A DNA stretch of 64,000 nt, from assembly GCF_006345805.1 (NCBI RefSeq), contig NC_042998.1, positions 101,308,001 through 101,372,000 on the forward strand, read 5' to 3'. The notes beneath the pieces were generated by a model. That model worked only from the letters and a program-made list of their open reading frames with translations, ran no database searches and had not been told where the DNA came from. The position numbers and the translations under genes are program-made. Positions within the stretch are counted from its first letter, which is position 1. Each line of letters begins with the position of its first letter. Shown here piece after piece: positions 52,305 to 64,000 of this stretch. Source of the stretch: Octopus sinensis (Eukaryota).

Positions 52305-53532
52305 GCGAGAGTAAGAGAGAGATAGAGATAGAAGAACAATTATAGCATTTATAAATAAATTACGTGCTACAACTGGAAAAGAATTCTCTTATCTAAAGAC
52401 TTTGAAGTTGCTCAAGGTAAAATTTAAACGTGGGAGTGTGGAAGCGAAATGCAGTGATGGTGCGAACGAAGAGCTTTATTGGCTTCTCTTGCGAAAGATA
52501 GATGTTATATGTGTCCACCCCCCACACACATGCACACACACTAACACATACGCGCGCGCGCGCAGTGTTATTAATTAACTTCTTTAAAGGTAAGTACTAA
52601 ACTTCCACTCAGTTTGCTTTTATTACACACATATGTTGTACACACATCAAAACGACGTATACATCAATTCAACACAAGCACACACACGTACACACACACA
52701 CACACACACACACACAAGATACATATACATGCATACACACATATATATATATGTGTGTATGTGTATGTGTATTCGTTTTATGTGTCAGTGTATGTGCATG
52801 TTTACGTAGTTGTCTTTTCTGTGTTACTCATAAGCGTTTTATGCTATACACGTTTCATCAGGCGCGGAGATGTATGTTTGTGTGTGTATTTGTGTGTGTG
52901 TGTGTGTGTGTGAGTGTGTATGTGTGCATGTGTGTGTATTTGTTTGTGTATGTACCTGGAGCAGTAATTTTCATCGAAGTACGAAGAAAAACAAAGAAAG
53001 AATAGGAATAGGACGAATAAATCTGTTTATAAACCTTCACATAAATAACTGTTTTATTGGTGGGGTTTATAAGAAAAACTATAAATTTAAATATCAAATA
53101 GATGTTTTAACCTCGCTCTATTTTATTCTATGAAATCTAAGGAACGAAATAGAGTATGTGTGAAATAGTTCAGATAAATTAACGAATGAACTAAAGATAA
53201 GGAAGTTAGAGTGATTGCTAGTGGCGGAGTTGAGTACTTCAAGAAGAACAGTGGTGGTCGTGTTTCCATGATATGCTTTTACGAAGGTAATATACCATTC
53301 TTTTTGTTAACTCACCTTTATTGTGGCATCTCGCAAAACACATTCTGGCACTCGCATATATTTTCTTTTTACACGTGAATATATTTACGTATCTTTAAAC
53401 ATATGTTTATCTTACCCTTACATAAACAGACAGACAAAAGCATGGACACATGCTCACACATATACGCAAAGTTAGTTATGCATATATATATATATATATG
53501 TATATCATATGTAGTGTATGTGTGTATAAATG

Positions 53533-53564
<32 letters not shown>

Positions 53565-53702
53565 CATATACACCTTCATGCACACATAAATGCATATATA
53601 TACACACACGTGCACGCACACACACACAAACACACACACATATATATGCATGCATGTGTGAATATATATATATATATATACATACATATATACATACATA
53701 CA

Positions 53703-53755
<53 letters not shown>

Positions 53756-53955
53756 CATATATGTATATATTTACACAAGCACACACACGCATATGTATAC
53801 ATGTATAAATGAGAAACAGTTCCTATGTGAGCACTAATCAAATATACAGTGAAAAGTATATTTTTGTCTTGATATAGTTTCATAAATATGTTATTCTAGT
53901 AGATATTTACATTATATACAATTATTACGCATATGCACACAACCACATATAAATA

Positions 53956-54032
<77 letters not shown>

Positions 54033-54199
54033 TGTATATATATATACACACACGCACACATATGTATCCTTATATACGCACCAAATTTACACCTATACGG
54101 CCTCCACATATGTATGGGTGAGAGCGCGTGGGCTGCATAAGAATGTGAATCTATGAACGTATGTACGTATGTATGTATGTACGTATGTATATATGTACG

Positions 54200-54252
<53 letters not shown>

Positions 54253-55804
54253 GGATAGATAGATAGATTGATACAGATAGATAGACAGATATATAGATAG
54301 ATATAGATATATATATATACCTATAATTTATGTACATGCACGGATAAATACATGAATTCGGCGTGTTTTATACATATATACATATACAAACATTTATGAG
54401 TGTGTGTGTGTGTGTGTGTGTTTGTATGTGCGTGTGTACGTGCGCATGCCTGTGTGGGAGTACGTGTGTGTAGCTGTGTGTGTACATGTGTGCGCGTGTG
54501 TAAATGTATGTATGTGAATATGCATTTGCATTATTTACTCAAAGTCAGTAATGTGATTAAAACAACAAAGACAAATAATAAACAGAATGAAAACATCGCC
54601 AAAAACCTTCCACGAAGAAAATGATTCTTTGCTACATGAAGCATCTTATTATTTGTATAAGCTATATTTGCCTTCTTTCTAGTGAATTATTCAATGAAAG
54701 ACTGCACGGTAATTGCACAAGAATGTTTACAGAATGAAATAAATATCGACATAAGTAGCGATTTTACTTGGCGAAGTTTTCCTATTAATCTTTCGAATGC
54801 TTACATCACATCAATCAGGTTTCATAAACTCTTGAGAAGCAAAAACAAATGTAAACAAACATGAACAAAAACAACAAAGAATGTTACAAAAAGGCCCAAA
54901 CAAAAAACGAAACATAAGCAGTTAATAGTTCAAACAATATGCACAATAATCGCAGAATATTTAAGATAGTGCAAGTAAGAAATGCTACTTCCACAGCAGC
55001 ATTATAGTAGAGTATGGAATGATATCAAATACTAACATATTATAACTGCGATGTAAGTAACATTTTGGGAAGGATGAATATTCTTTCAACAAGTGTCAAA
55101 GAAGAAGCATAAAGCGGACAAACATTTTACAAAACAAGCAACATACTGAGATATAACATCCAGAAAAGTACAGTAATATTGATTTCTAACTTCGGCATAA
55201 AGCCACAATATTTGCTGTGAGAGTAATTGTCGATTATATCGACAAGCGCAAGGCGGCAGGCTGGCTGAGTCGTTAGGCTATCGGAGAGAACGTAGTGTAT
55301 TTGATTCAGATCCCTGCGCTTTGAGTTCAAACGGCGCTTTATGTCTTTTATAGAGTCGAATAATGTCACCAGTGTCAGGGCGGATTCTTCTTCGAAGTAG
55401 TCCATGATAAAACCACGAGAAGGGTGGGTTTAAATACCAATATATATTTATTAGGTTCAATCTAATCTTTATTTCTTTCCCATTTTTTTCTTTCAGAATC
55501 GATTACTCTACACCATTGGGAGTTTCGTGGAGGGATCACTCACAGCGTTCCCGAATATCTAAAGGTAGAGAAGAGGAACGAGGGACTAACTAAATTTTTT
55601 CACAAAAAAACTGATAAGCTACTAGAACTGTATGAAAATGGTTAGGTGGGCAGTAGAATGCAGAATAAAAGAACAAAAAATTGACAAATATTTCATTTTA
55701 TCAATTTACAGATGTTTGAAAGGTAAATTTAGCATTCGTAAGATTTGAACTTAAGACGGCTTCGTCTTCTATTATAGTTCATTTCATCGAAGATATTTAT
55801 ATGT

Positions 55805-55964
55805 TTTGAGTTCAAATTCCGCCGAGGTCGACTTTGCCTTTCATCATTTCGGGGTCGATAAATTAAGTACCAGTTACGCACTGGGTTGATGTAACCGACT
55901 TAATCCGTTTGTCTGTCCTTGTTTGTTCTCTCTGTGTTTAGCCCCTTGTGGGTAGTAAAGGAAT
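55805..55964 (+). mobile_element. SINE family C headless unit
   Basis: Seen: matches the 184-bp unit of the 33641 trimer. Confidence 0.8.
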
Positions 55965-56516
55965 ATATATTTTCTAAGAATATTAAACCGACACCAGTAG
56001 TTGATTAAAATGATAAAGAATAAATTTGACATCGTCCGATTTTGTACTTTTAGCGTAACGTCAACATTTCTACTTATTGAGGATCGAGGTAGTGTTATGA
56101 GTAACATCATACCAAATGTTAACCCATGCAGTGAAGGAGTCTCTACGCAATCGTTTTATCCGCTAGAAATAGAGGCCAAATCTCCCCTAAATTACTCATA
56201 CCTTCTTAGAAAACATGCTCAATAATGTAGTCAGATATACTAAATCTAAAAAGGTCATAGCTAGAATTTCTCTGATCAAAGATCAATTAAAGATGATTTG
56301 TGGTTAAATAACAACAGACAAATATTACCCAAGCCAACGATGCTTCATTCTTCGCTTGACTTGCTAAAATAGCAGCTATATATTCTTTAAGTCACAACAT
56401 ACTGTTCTAAAGAGAACTCTATATTGGGTAAACGTGTATCAGACTTTACAGCTGCAGACGCATATCGGCGCCTCCCCGAAATTACGGGCTTTGTGCGAAA
56501 CTTTGAAATCAATATT

Positions 56517-56731
56517 CTTTTCTACTCTAGGCACAAGGCCCGAATTTTGGGGGAAGGGATCAGTCGATTAGATCGACTTCAGTACGCAACTGGTACTTAA
56601 TTTATTGACTCCGAAAGGATGTAAGGCAAAGCCGACCATGGCGGAATTTGAACTCAGAACATTAAGACAGACGAAACACTGCTAAACATTTCGCCCGGCA
56701 TGCTAAAGATTCTGCCAGCTCACCACCTTAA
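56517..56731 (-). mobile_element. SINE family C monomer, 15-bp TSD
   Basis: Seen: TTTGAAATCAATATT at 56502-56516 and 56732-56746. Confidence 0.85.
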
Positions 56732-56790
56732 TTTGAAATCAATATTAGAACGTCGAAGGCAGTGAGGTGGCAAAATCCATGCTGGACAAA

Positions 56791-57194
56791 GGCGGCGAGC
56801 TGGCAGAAACGTTAGCACGCCGGGCGAAATGCGTAGCCGTATTTCGTCTGCCGTTACGTTATGAGTTCAAATTCCGCCGAGGTCGACTTTGCCTTTCATC
56901 CTTTCGGGGCCGATAAATTAAGTACCAGTTACGCACTGGGGTCGATGTAATCGACTTAATCCGTTTGTGTGTCCTTGTTTGTCCTCTCTGTGTTTAGCCA
57001 CTTGTGGGTAGTAAAGAAATAAGTATTTCGTTTGTTTTTACGTTCTGTGTTCAAATTCCACCGAGGTCGACTTTGCCTTTCAACATTTCAGGGTCGGTAA
57101 ATTAAGTAACATTTGCGTTCTGGGGTCCATCTAATCGATTGGTCCCCTCCCAAAAAATTTCGGGCATTGTGCCTCGAGTAGACAAGATTTACGT
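56791..57194 (+). mobile_element. SINE family C dimer nested in an older family C copy (56757-57370); 8-bp TSD
   Basis: Seen: TGGACAAA at 56783-56790 and 57195-57202; the host SINE resumes ATGCTAAGCGGCATTTC. Confidence 0.8.
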
Positions 57195-58751
57195 TGGACA
57201 AAATGCTAAGCGGCATTTCTTCTGGCTCTTTTTGTGTATAGTTCAAATACTGCCGAGGTCGCTTATGCCTTTCCTCCCTTTCGGAATGATAATTTAAAGT
57301 ACCAGTAAAGTTCTCGGGTTGATGTAATCGACTAGCTTCTCACTTCAAAAACTGCTGACCTTGTGCCAATAAATTCTGTACTCATTCAACTGATTATAAG
57401 TAACAAAAATAAATGATTGAATGAAAAAAAATGTACAAAACCTCCAGTTTCTTTTTATGTTTGAGAATATGAAAATATTAAATATTGTCAGTAAAAGTTA
57501 GCAACAATTTCAAACGATCAATAGCCCAATAAATACATTATATTGTACACTTATTTTTCAAACATATCAACTGATCAATTCTTATCCGCACAGACTTGCT
57601 ATTCGTAATTGAATTTGGCTTAGACAACACTGACGCTAAATAAAACCCAATTAAGAAGATATTGTGACGTCTTCACACACGCAGCTCCACACTCTTTCTT
57701 GTGATTTTAATACCAAAATTATTTTTAAATAAAACAAACTATTATACAGAAATATATAATTAACACCAACGTTTCTTTAACATTCAGTTTGTGAGTGAAT
57801 TCGGAGAAGCCGATGGTAACTTTAATGCATATGTATTTGTCAGAACTAGAGTAAATGAGGATAAACTGATCGAGAACTTAAGATGACGCAAAGAGAGAAG
57901 ATGGCTACCTAAATAAACATTAAGTGATAGCGACAGAAGATAAGTGGGAGATAGCGTGACAGATAGATAAATAATAAATGTAGAGGGAAGGTTGTAAGTA
58001 AATATAAAAAATAGCTAAATATAACTAAACACACACGCTCGCGTTTGCATATATATTCATGCATACACAAGTACATATATGTTGAGAGATAGATAGGCAG
58101 ATAAATATATGTATATATGCGTCTGTGTGTTATACATGTATAAACGCATAAACATAGAGTGGGAAGGAAATTCATATATAAAGAGAATGAATGTGTATGA
58201 GATATTTAAGAAATGCTTCTGTCTGTACTAAGTAGAAACCAAGGAAAACACATATCAGCTTCTAATACACTCAACACCACCAGTGACACTTTAAGCATTT
58301 CTGTTCTTACTTTACTTGCATGAAGTTTCAAGGATTTTCTTTTATCTTCCCAGTCAGGAGGGATGGCAGTGTCTATGACCCTTTACAGGAGCTCCGAGTT
58401 ATGTGGGAGGGGTAGAAGAAGGTGCTTTTAAACTTGAGGCATGGTCCCAATGCTTGCAACAGAACGAACTTCGCTAAAGGCACCCAAAGTTTAGACTGTG
58501 GTGATAAGCCGTGCGATGGATTAACTCTAGTACCCAATGAGGCGATGGCGATATTTGAACCCATAAAATACCCAGTAAATCAAGATTCAATAAATACTTA
58601 ATATTCCATTTTTTAAAATCCATTCCAAGTTTAAAAGTTTAATGCTGTGACTCACCCCAACATTTCTCTATTTATTAGCGGAGTCTCATATAAAATAATT
58701 TATTTGGAATTAAATGGGTTTGAATTACTGTCAGGTGACTTTTGACCAACA

Positions 58752-58789
<38 letters not shown>

Positions 58790-58790
<1 letters not shown>

Positions 58791-59220
58791 ATCAAAAGAG
58801 ATCGTGGAGAAAAGAAAAAGCCGATCAATAAGGATCGTGTATCACAGAAATGTCAATGTAAAAAAGGAAAACAGATTAGGTTTATCCATGGAAAGAAAAG
58901 CCTACCGAAAAGACACGGTAACCTTGGGAAATAATGTCATGCAAAAAACACACTACAGTAAGTGACTCTCTTTTTCCTTACTTTTTTTTAGTTCATAGGA
59001 TTATGCTCAAGCTGGGTCCATCATTCACACGTGCCATCCTTGCTACATTCCCCCATCCTTTTTTGAAACATTCACTAGACAAAACTTCCCTCTGTACTCA
59101 CCTTCCTCTTTAAGTGATACTTGAAGAAGTTGGTGAGAGACTGACCAGAGAGGAGAGTATTTGTTTCTAGACCTTTCAGACGCGACCACCATACACATTC
59201 TTTCGCCATAGCCACAAGTA
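58790..59220 (-). mobile_element. Second copy of the Tx1/L1-clade 3' end
   Basis: Seen: reverse-complement match to 38000-38500 (TTCTTTCGCCATAGCCACAAG, CTAGACAAAACTT, CACAGAAATGTCAAT). Confidence 0.85.
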
Positions 59221-59358
59221 CGGGCTTCTTTCAGTATCCGTCAACCAAATCTACTCACAAGGCTTTGGTCGACCTGCGGCTATAGTTGAAGACAGTTTCC
59301 TAAGAGGTAATGCAGTGGGACTGCATTCGGAACTATGTGGTTGGGAAGCAATCTTCTT
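59218..59358 (-). mobile_element. SINE family A 5' half
   Basis: Seen: TACGGGCTTCTTTCAGT...ACTCACAAGGCTTTGGTCG. Confidence 0.75.
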
Positions 59359-60610
59359 TATTTCATTACATTTGCCATGAAGGCAGTACATAGAGTAAAG
59401 TAGCTTTGCGGGCTGGACGAGGACATTAATGAAATGAATGATAATGAAAGAAAGATGATAAGGATGGGAGAAGACAAAAAGCGCCCGCCGACTTCTGCTT
59501 CTCTAAAACATTGTTCTTTAAAACCAAACACAAAACGAGGTATTAAACCTCTTACAACTTTTGCAGTTTTTCAATTTTTGGACTTACCAGTTCATTACAA
59601 ACAACAACATAGTTCAATAATTACATATAATATAAATACAATACACAAAGCCCCTTCTCCCAGACCTGGCTTACACTTCCCTTAGGAATGTGCCAGCTCT
59701 AGGTCGGGGCCCCTCAAGTCGTATCTAAACATGTCCTATCAAACGTAAAAAATACATTATCACTTCTCCCTTCCTCCTCTTTCCGGACCTCCAGTCAAAT
59801 ATCTAGCCGCCTGCAGAGCAGACCACGTTGACAGCCGGGGAGTTCAGAAAGAAAGCAAAGTTCCTATTATCAAATGTTTGTGTCACACAGTGCCACAATT
59901 TATGACTCATCCTCAAAATAACTTGTGCCCGCATCCTCTGCCATCCCCCACGCCTCTTCCAAAACCACATCGAGTTCCGTGTTAGCGTTGCCCGGGAACA
60001 AGCGATATTCCTCATTGAGCTCCTTCAGCTCAAACGTCACGTCGAACGTCGTGGCCTCCACAGCTATCTGCGGAGGCCATTCGGGGTCCTGTGTGAAGGT
60101 TGAAGGTGCTCCCTTATGGTGCTTTTCCATTACCTTTTCAATCTCTCCGCTTCTATGGAAGAAGATCAATACATCGTCTTTCCCCGGGGGCGGGATATTC
60201 AATTCTTTCATTGGCGGCACAGTTCCCGCCAACGGTGTTTCTTCTCCTGTCGGTAGCACAACCCCAACCGACGTAGTTCCGGGACATTCCGGTACTATGT
60301 CACCGACTGCCTTCCTCTTCCTCTTTTTTTCTTTTCAACTGAGAGAGGGTGCGTCTCCTCCGTGACCGGAAGATTCGCCTTTCCCTCCGCATCCCTAGGA
60401 TCCTTTGGTGACAGACTTGTAAAATTGTTAAGATATTAACATACTTCCTTATTTTTCTTAACATGGAATTAATGGTTGCCTTAATTCACAAATAATAAAA
60501 TTCTATCCACCAGTGCGGTGTTAAACACTCATTTTCATCGTCCGACTTTGACGTGTATATATATATATATATATAATATTATATATATATATATTATATA
60601 TATATATATG

Positions 60611-60656
60611 ATTGATTCTAGTTTCAGCTCACGAGCTGTGGCCATGTTGGGGTACC

Positions 60657-60660
<4 letters not shown>
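60611..60660 (-). mobile_element. 50-bp solo LINE subfamily 1 tail inside (TA)n
   Basis: Seen: rc TGGCGGTACCCCAACATGGCCACAGCTCGTGAGCTGAAACTAGAATCAAT, nearly identical in layout to 31159-31210. Confidence 0.85.
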
Positions 60661-60693
<33 letters not shown>

Positions 60694-60731
60694 ATATATA
60701 TATATATACATACATACATATACATATGTAT

Positions 60732-60771
<40 letters not shown>

Positions 60772-61149
60772 CGTGTATGTTTGTGTGTATATACACATAT
60801 ATCGTTTGTCTTGGCTGCTAGGATTCCTATATCACGGGATTTCATTGTACTGAATATAAGTAATAACACAGTATTCGGTGTTCTAACAAGATATCCAGTT
60901 TAAGTTGGATATAGAGATGGTATTTTATTCTTAATAGCGCATTTGTCATTAATAATTAATTTTGTAATAAACCTACTGGCAATTTGCGACTTCATTGTCT
61001 TAAAAGACGCTGATATTCTCTATATCACAGCAGCAAGATCTGACTGGCATGCGGTGACTAGACGCTACACACTGGTAATTTTCAATCATTTGAAATCACT
61101 TGCTATGGAAATTTGTAATATATTATATATATATATATATATATATAAT

Positions 61150-61194
<45 letters not shown>

Positions 61195-61269
61195 GTATAT
61201 ATATATATATATATACATATACATTACATAACATTATCTATAATAATATATATATAATAATATATTATA

Positions 61270-61440
61270 TATATTATTGTTGAAATGCGCAGGAAGCAAA
61301 GTGACAGATAAAGGAACAACAAGTAGAGGTATTAATTTGGCGCTGGGTAAAACTGGAATGCCTGTCACGTTTTGAGCCCATGCTCCTCGACATAAAAGAA
61401 TGATAGAGGAAAATGATGAGAGAGGGAGAGAGAGAGAGAA
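61270..61440 (-). mobile_element. H1 element copy, hammerhead core largely lost
   Basis: Seen on the minus strand: GAGC atgg GCTC AAAA CG TG; flank AAGGAACAACAAG shared with 16988. Confidence 0.45.
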
Positions 61441-61472
61441 AATGTGTCGGGATTAAAGGTTCTCAATGTTGA

Positions 61473-61542
<70 letters not shown>

Positions 61543-62089
61543 CGTGTGTGCGCGTGTATGTGTGTGTGTATGTGGTTGTGTGTGTGTATGTGATTATGTC
61601 TGTTTGTTCCCTTCACCGCTTGATAAACAGTGCTGATGTGTTTACATAATCGTAATCTAGCGGTTCAGCAAATGAACAAATAGAATAAGTACTGGAATCA
61701 GTTCATTTGACTAAAATTTTTTTTAAGGTGGTGCTCCAGCATGACCGCAAGACTGAAATAAGTGATATTATATATATATATATATCATACATACATATTC
61801 CTCTTATTTTGCATATGTAAAATGCAGGGTTATGTCGTATGTGGAGCCCCACTTGTAGAAAATAGAAATAAACAGTCTCTGACTGCTATTTCTAATTCTT
61901 TCGGTATGCGGCAAAGCAACCTGTTGCCTGTCCTTCTACTTATACACAATATATACTGAACTTCACAGAAGTTCCCGCCGCTAATGGTCATATTTACATA
62001 CCGAAATCTACCGGTAAATAATTGTTGGTTGTCTGAAAAACCATCGAAGAAATTATTACCTTATTATTATTATACCCTTATTATTATAT

Positions 62090-62173
<84 letters not shown>

Positions 62174-62174
62174 A

Positions 62175-62650
62175 AGGCGCAGGAGTGCTGTGTAGTAAGT
62201 AGCTTGCTTACCAACCACATGGTTCCGGGTTGAGTTCCACTGCGTGGAACTTTGGGCAAGTGTCTTCTACTATACTCTCGGGCCGCCCAAAGCCTTGTGA
62301 GTGGATTTGGTAGACGGAAACTGAAAGAAGCCCTTCGTATATATATATGTATATGTTTGTGTGTCTGTGTGTGTCGCCCCCACCCCGAGAGACTGATAGA
62401 TTGAGTACTAGGATTGCAAAGAATAAGTCATGGTGTCGACTTGCTTGACTAAAGGTGGTGCTGCAGCATTACAACTGTCAAATAACTGAAACAAATATAA
62501 GGAAAGATATACTTAGCGGTTCGGCAAAAGAGACCGATAGAATAAGTACTGGGCTTACAAAAGAATAAGTCCCGGGGTCGGTTTGCTCGATTAAAGGCGG
62601 TGCTCCAGCATGGCCACAGTCAAATGACTGAAACAAGTAAAAGAGTAAAG
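62175..62650 (+). mobile_element. SINE family A with duplicated 3' module
   Basis: Seen: head at 62175, first decayed tail at about 62455-62495, second intact tail at 62596-62650. Confidence 0.85.
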
Positions 62651-62729
62651 AGTATATATATATATTGTGACTGTGTTAGTTTATAAATGTTTATGGGACC
62701 GTCTATATATAGCTATCTAAATATGTCCA

Positions 62730-62761
<32 letters not shown>

Positions 62762-63494
62762 TACACGCGCACGTTTGTACTGCGTGTCTGTGATAATTTT
62801 CAAATGTTTCTTTTCATGTATATCTATGTTGCTAAATGTATAAAAATAAGCTACATATTCAATATCATTTGATATGAAACGTGTGATATAATGTACAGAA
62901 ACTTAATGTTTTGTCTAATTTCATGCAGACGTTCGTATATAAAGCCAAACTTACTTATCTCTTCATACAAACACTCATACACTTATGTACACATATTTGA
63001 TAATATGAGTATTACAAATACTTGATGTTCATTTCCTTGACAGGCGTAATGGCCTATTGAATTGAACAGCACGCTATATCTATAATTATAGCAACATGCT
63101 TGTAGGATGGTTGGTGATTATTTTCTGTCTGTTAATACTTACTTTGTCTTGGAGATTACAATTTGGAATCGACATTAAGAGCAATCTTTTAACAGTCCGT
63201 CTTTTCGTGTAATTGCCAGATATAACAACATGAATTATCTAAACGTTAATATGCTGAACCTTAACCTATGGTTTAGCAGAGAGAGAAAAGAGAGAGAGAA
63301 AAAGAGAGAGAGAGAGAGAGGGGGAGAGAGAGATAAGAGAGAAGGAAAGAGAGCACCACGTAGAGTGTGGTTCTCAAAAATATTTTGCCTATGGACTCCT
63401 TTGATTCCACTTTTATTCGGGTGTACTCACATAGTCATTCAATGTCTAAAAAATCCTATTATATTTTAATAATTGTATAAAAATTTTTTAGAAG

Positions 63495-63624
63495 AGAGGC
63501 TGTGTTCCGGGTTCAGTCCCACTTCGCCGCATCTTGGGCACATGTCTTCTACTACTACTATAGCCTCGGGCCGATAAAAGCCTATTTGTTGGAGTTGGTA
63601 AACGGAAACTAAAAGAAGCTCGTC

Positions 63625-63704
<80 letters not shown>

Positions 63705-63730
63705 ATATATATATATATATATGTGTGTGT

Positions 63731-63769
<39 letters not shown>

Positions 63770-64000
63770 AATGTATAAATACATTTTAAAAAATTTCTCT
63801 TTCTGGTTTCAGGCATTGAACTGCGGTCGTGTTGGGGCTCCGGTTTGAAGGGTTAATAGTGAGACAAATCGAGCCAGTACTAATATTTTTTAAAGGTTGG
63901 GACTTATTCTATTGGTTTCTTTTGCTGAAACTCTAAGCTATTGAGACTTAATTCACCCAACACCGGTTGTCAATGGGGATGGAAGGGACAGACACAGTCA
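63495..64000 (-). mobile_element. SINE family A fragments (5' half 63495-63625; 3' half 63805 to window end)
   Basis: Seen: reverse-complement matches to family A body and tail. Confidence 0.7.

Noticed and set aside
55127-55405. 92-aa ORF with a hydrophobic C-terminus resembling a GPI/TM tail
   Set aside because: It overlaps decayed SINE C head (about 55250-55335) and tail (about 55180-55245) sequence, has an in-frame stop 8 codons upstream and has no convincing acceptor.

Overview
AT-rich, microsatellite-saturated animal genomic DNA, intergenic or deep intronic. It is most consistent with a coleoid cephalopod (octopus-type); this is an inference from recalled SINE/LINE families, not from a search. 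No intact host protein-coding gene, tRNA/rRNA gene or CRISPR array can be supported, and nearly all ORF-track entries are translations of simple repeats. The window is a transposon graveyard. Non-LTR elements: five CR1/L2-group LINE copies in two subfamilies (one near full-length at 24.0-27.6 kb), two Tx1/L1-clade 3' fragments, RTE relics and a probable Penelope relic. SINEs: at least three tRNA-headed families. DNA transposons: two mariner, one Tc1, one DD37-type, one hAT and a MITE. The most interesting signals are: (1) several minimal type I hammerhead ribozyme motifs with palindromic stem III, from at least three sequence families, in short non-coding Penelope-like elements; (2) a covarying 3' double-hairpin+GAAAC tail shared by two LINE subfamilies and a SINE; (3) apparent insertion-site preferences for (TA)n, (TCTA)n and AATATT; (4) a 198-bp, 99% identical inverted repeat; (5) a templated insertion copied between SINE loci 24 kb apart. 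All alignments and folds were done by eye. Boundaries are approximate (about +/-10-30 bp) unless TSDs or TIRs are quoted.
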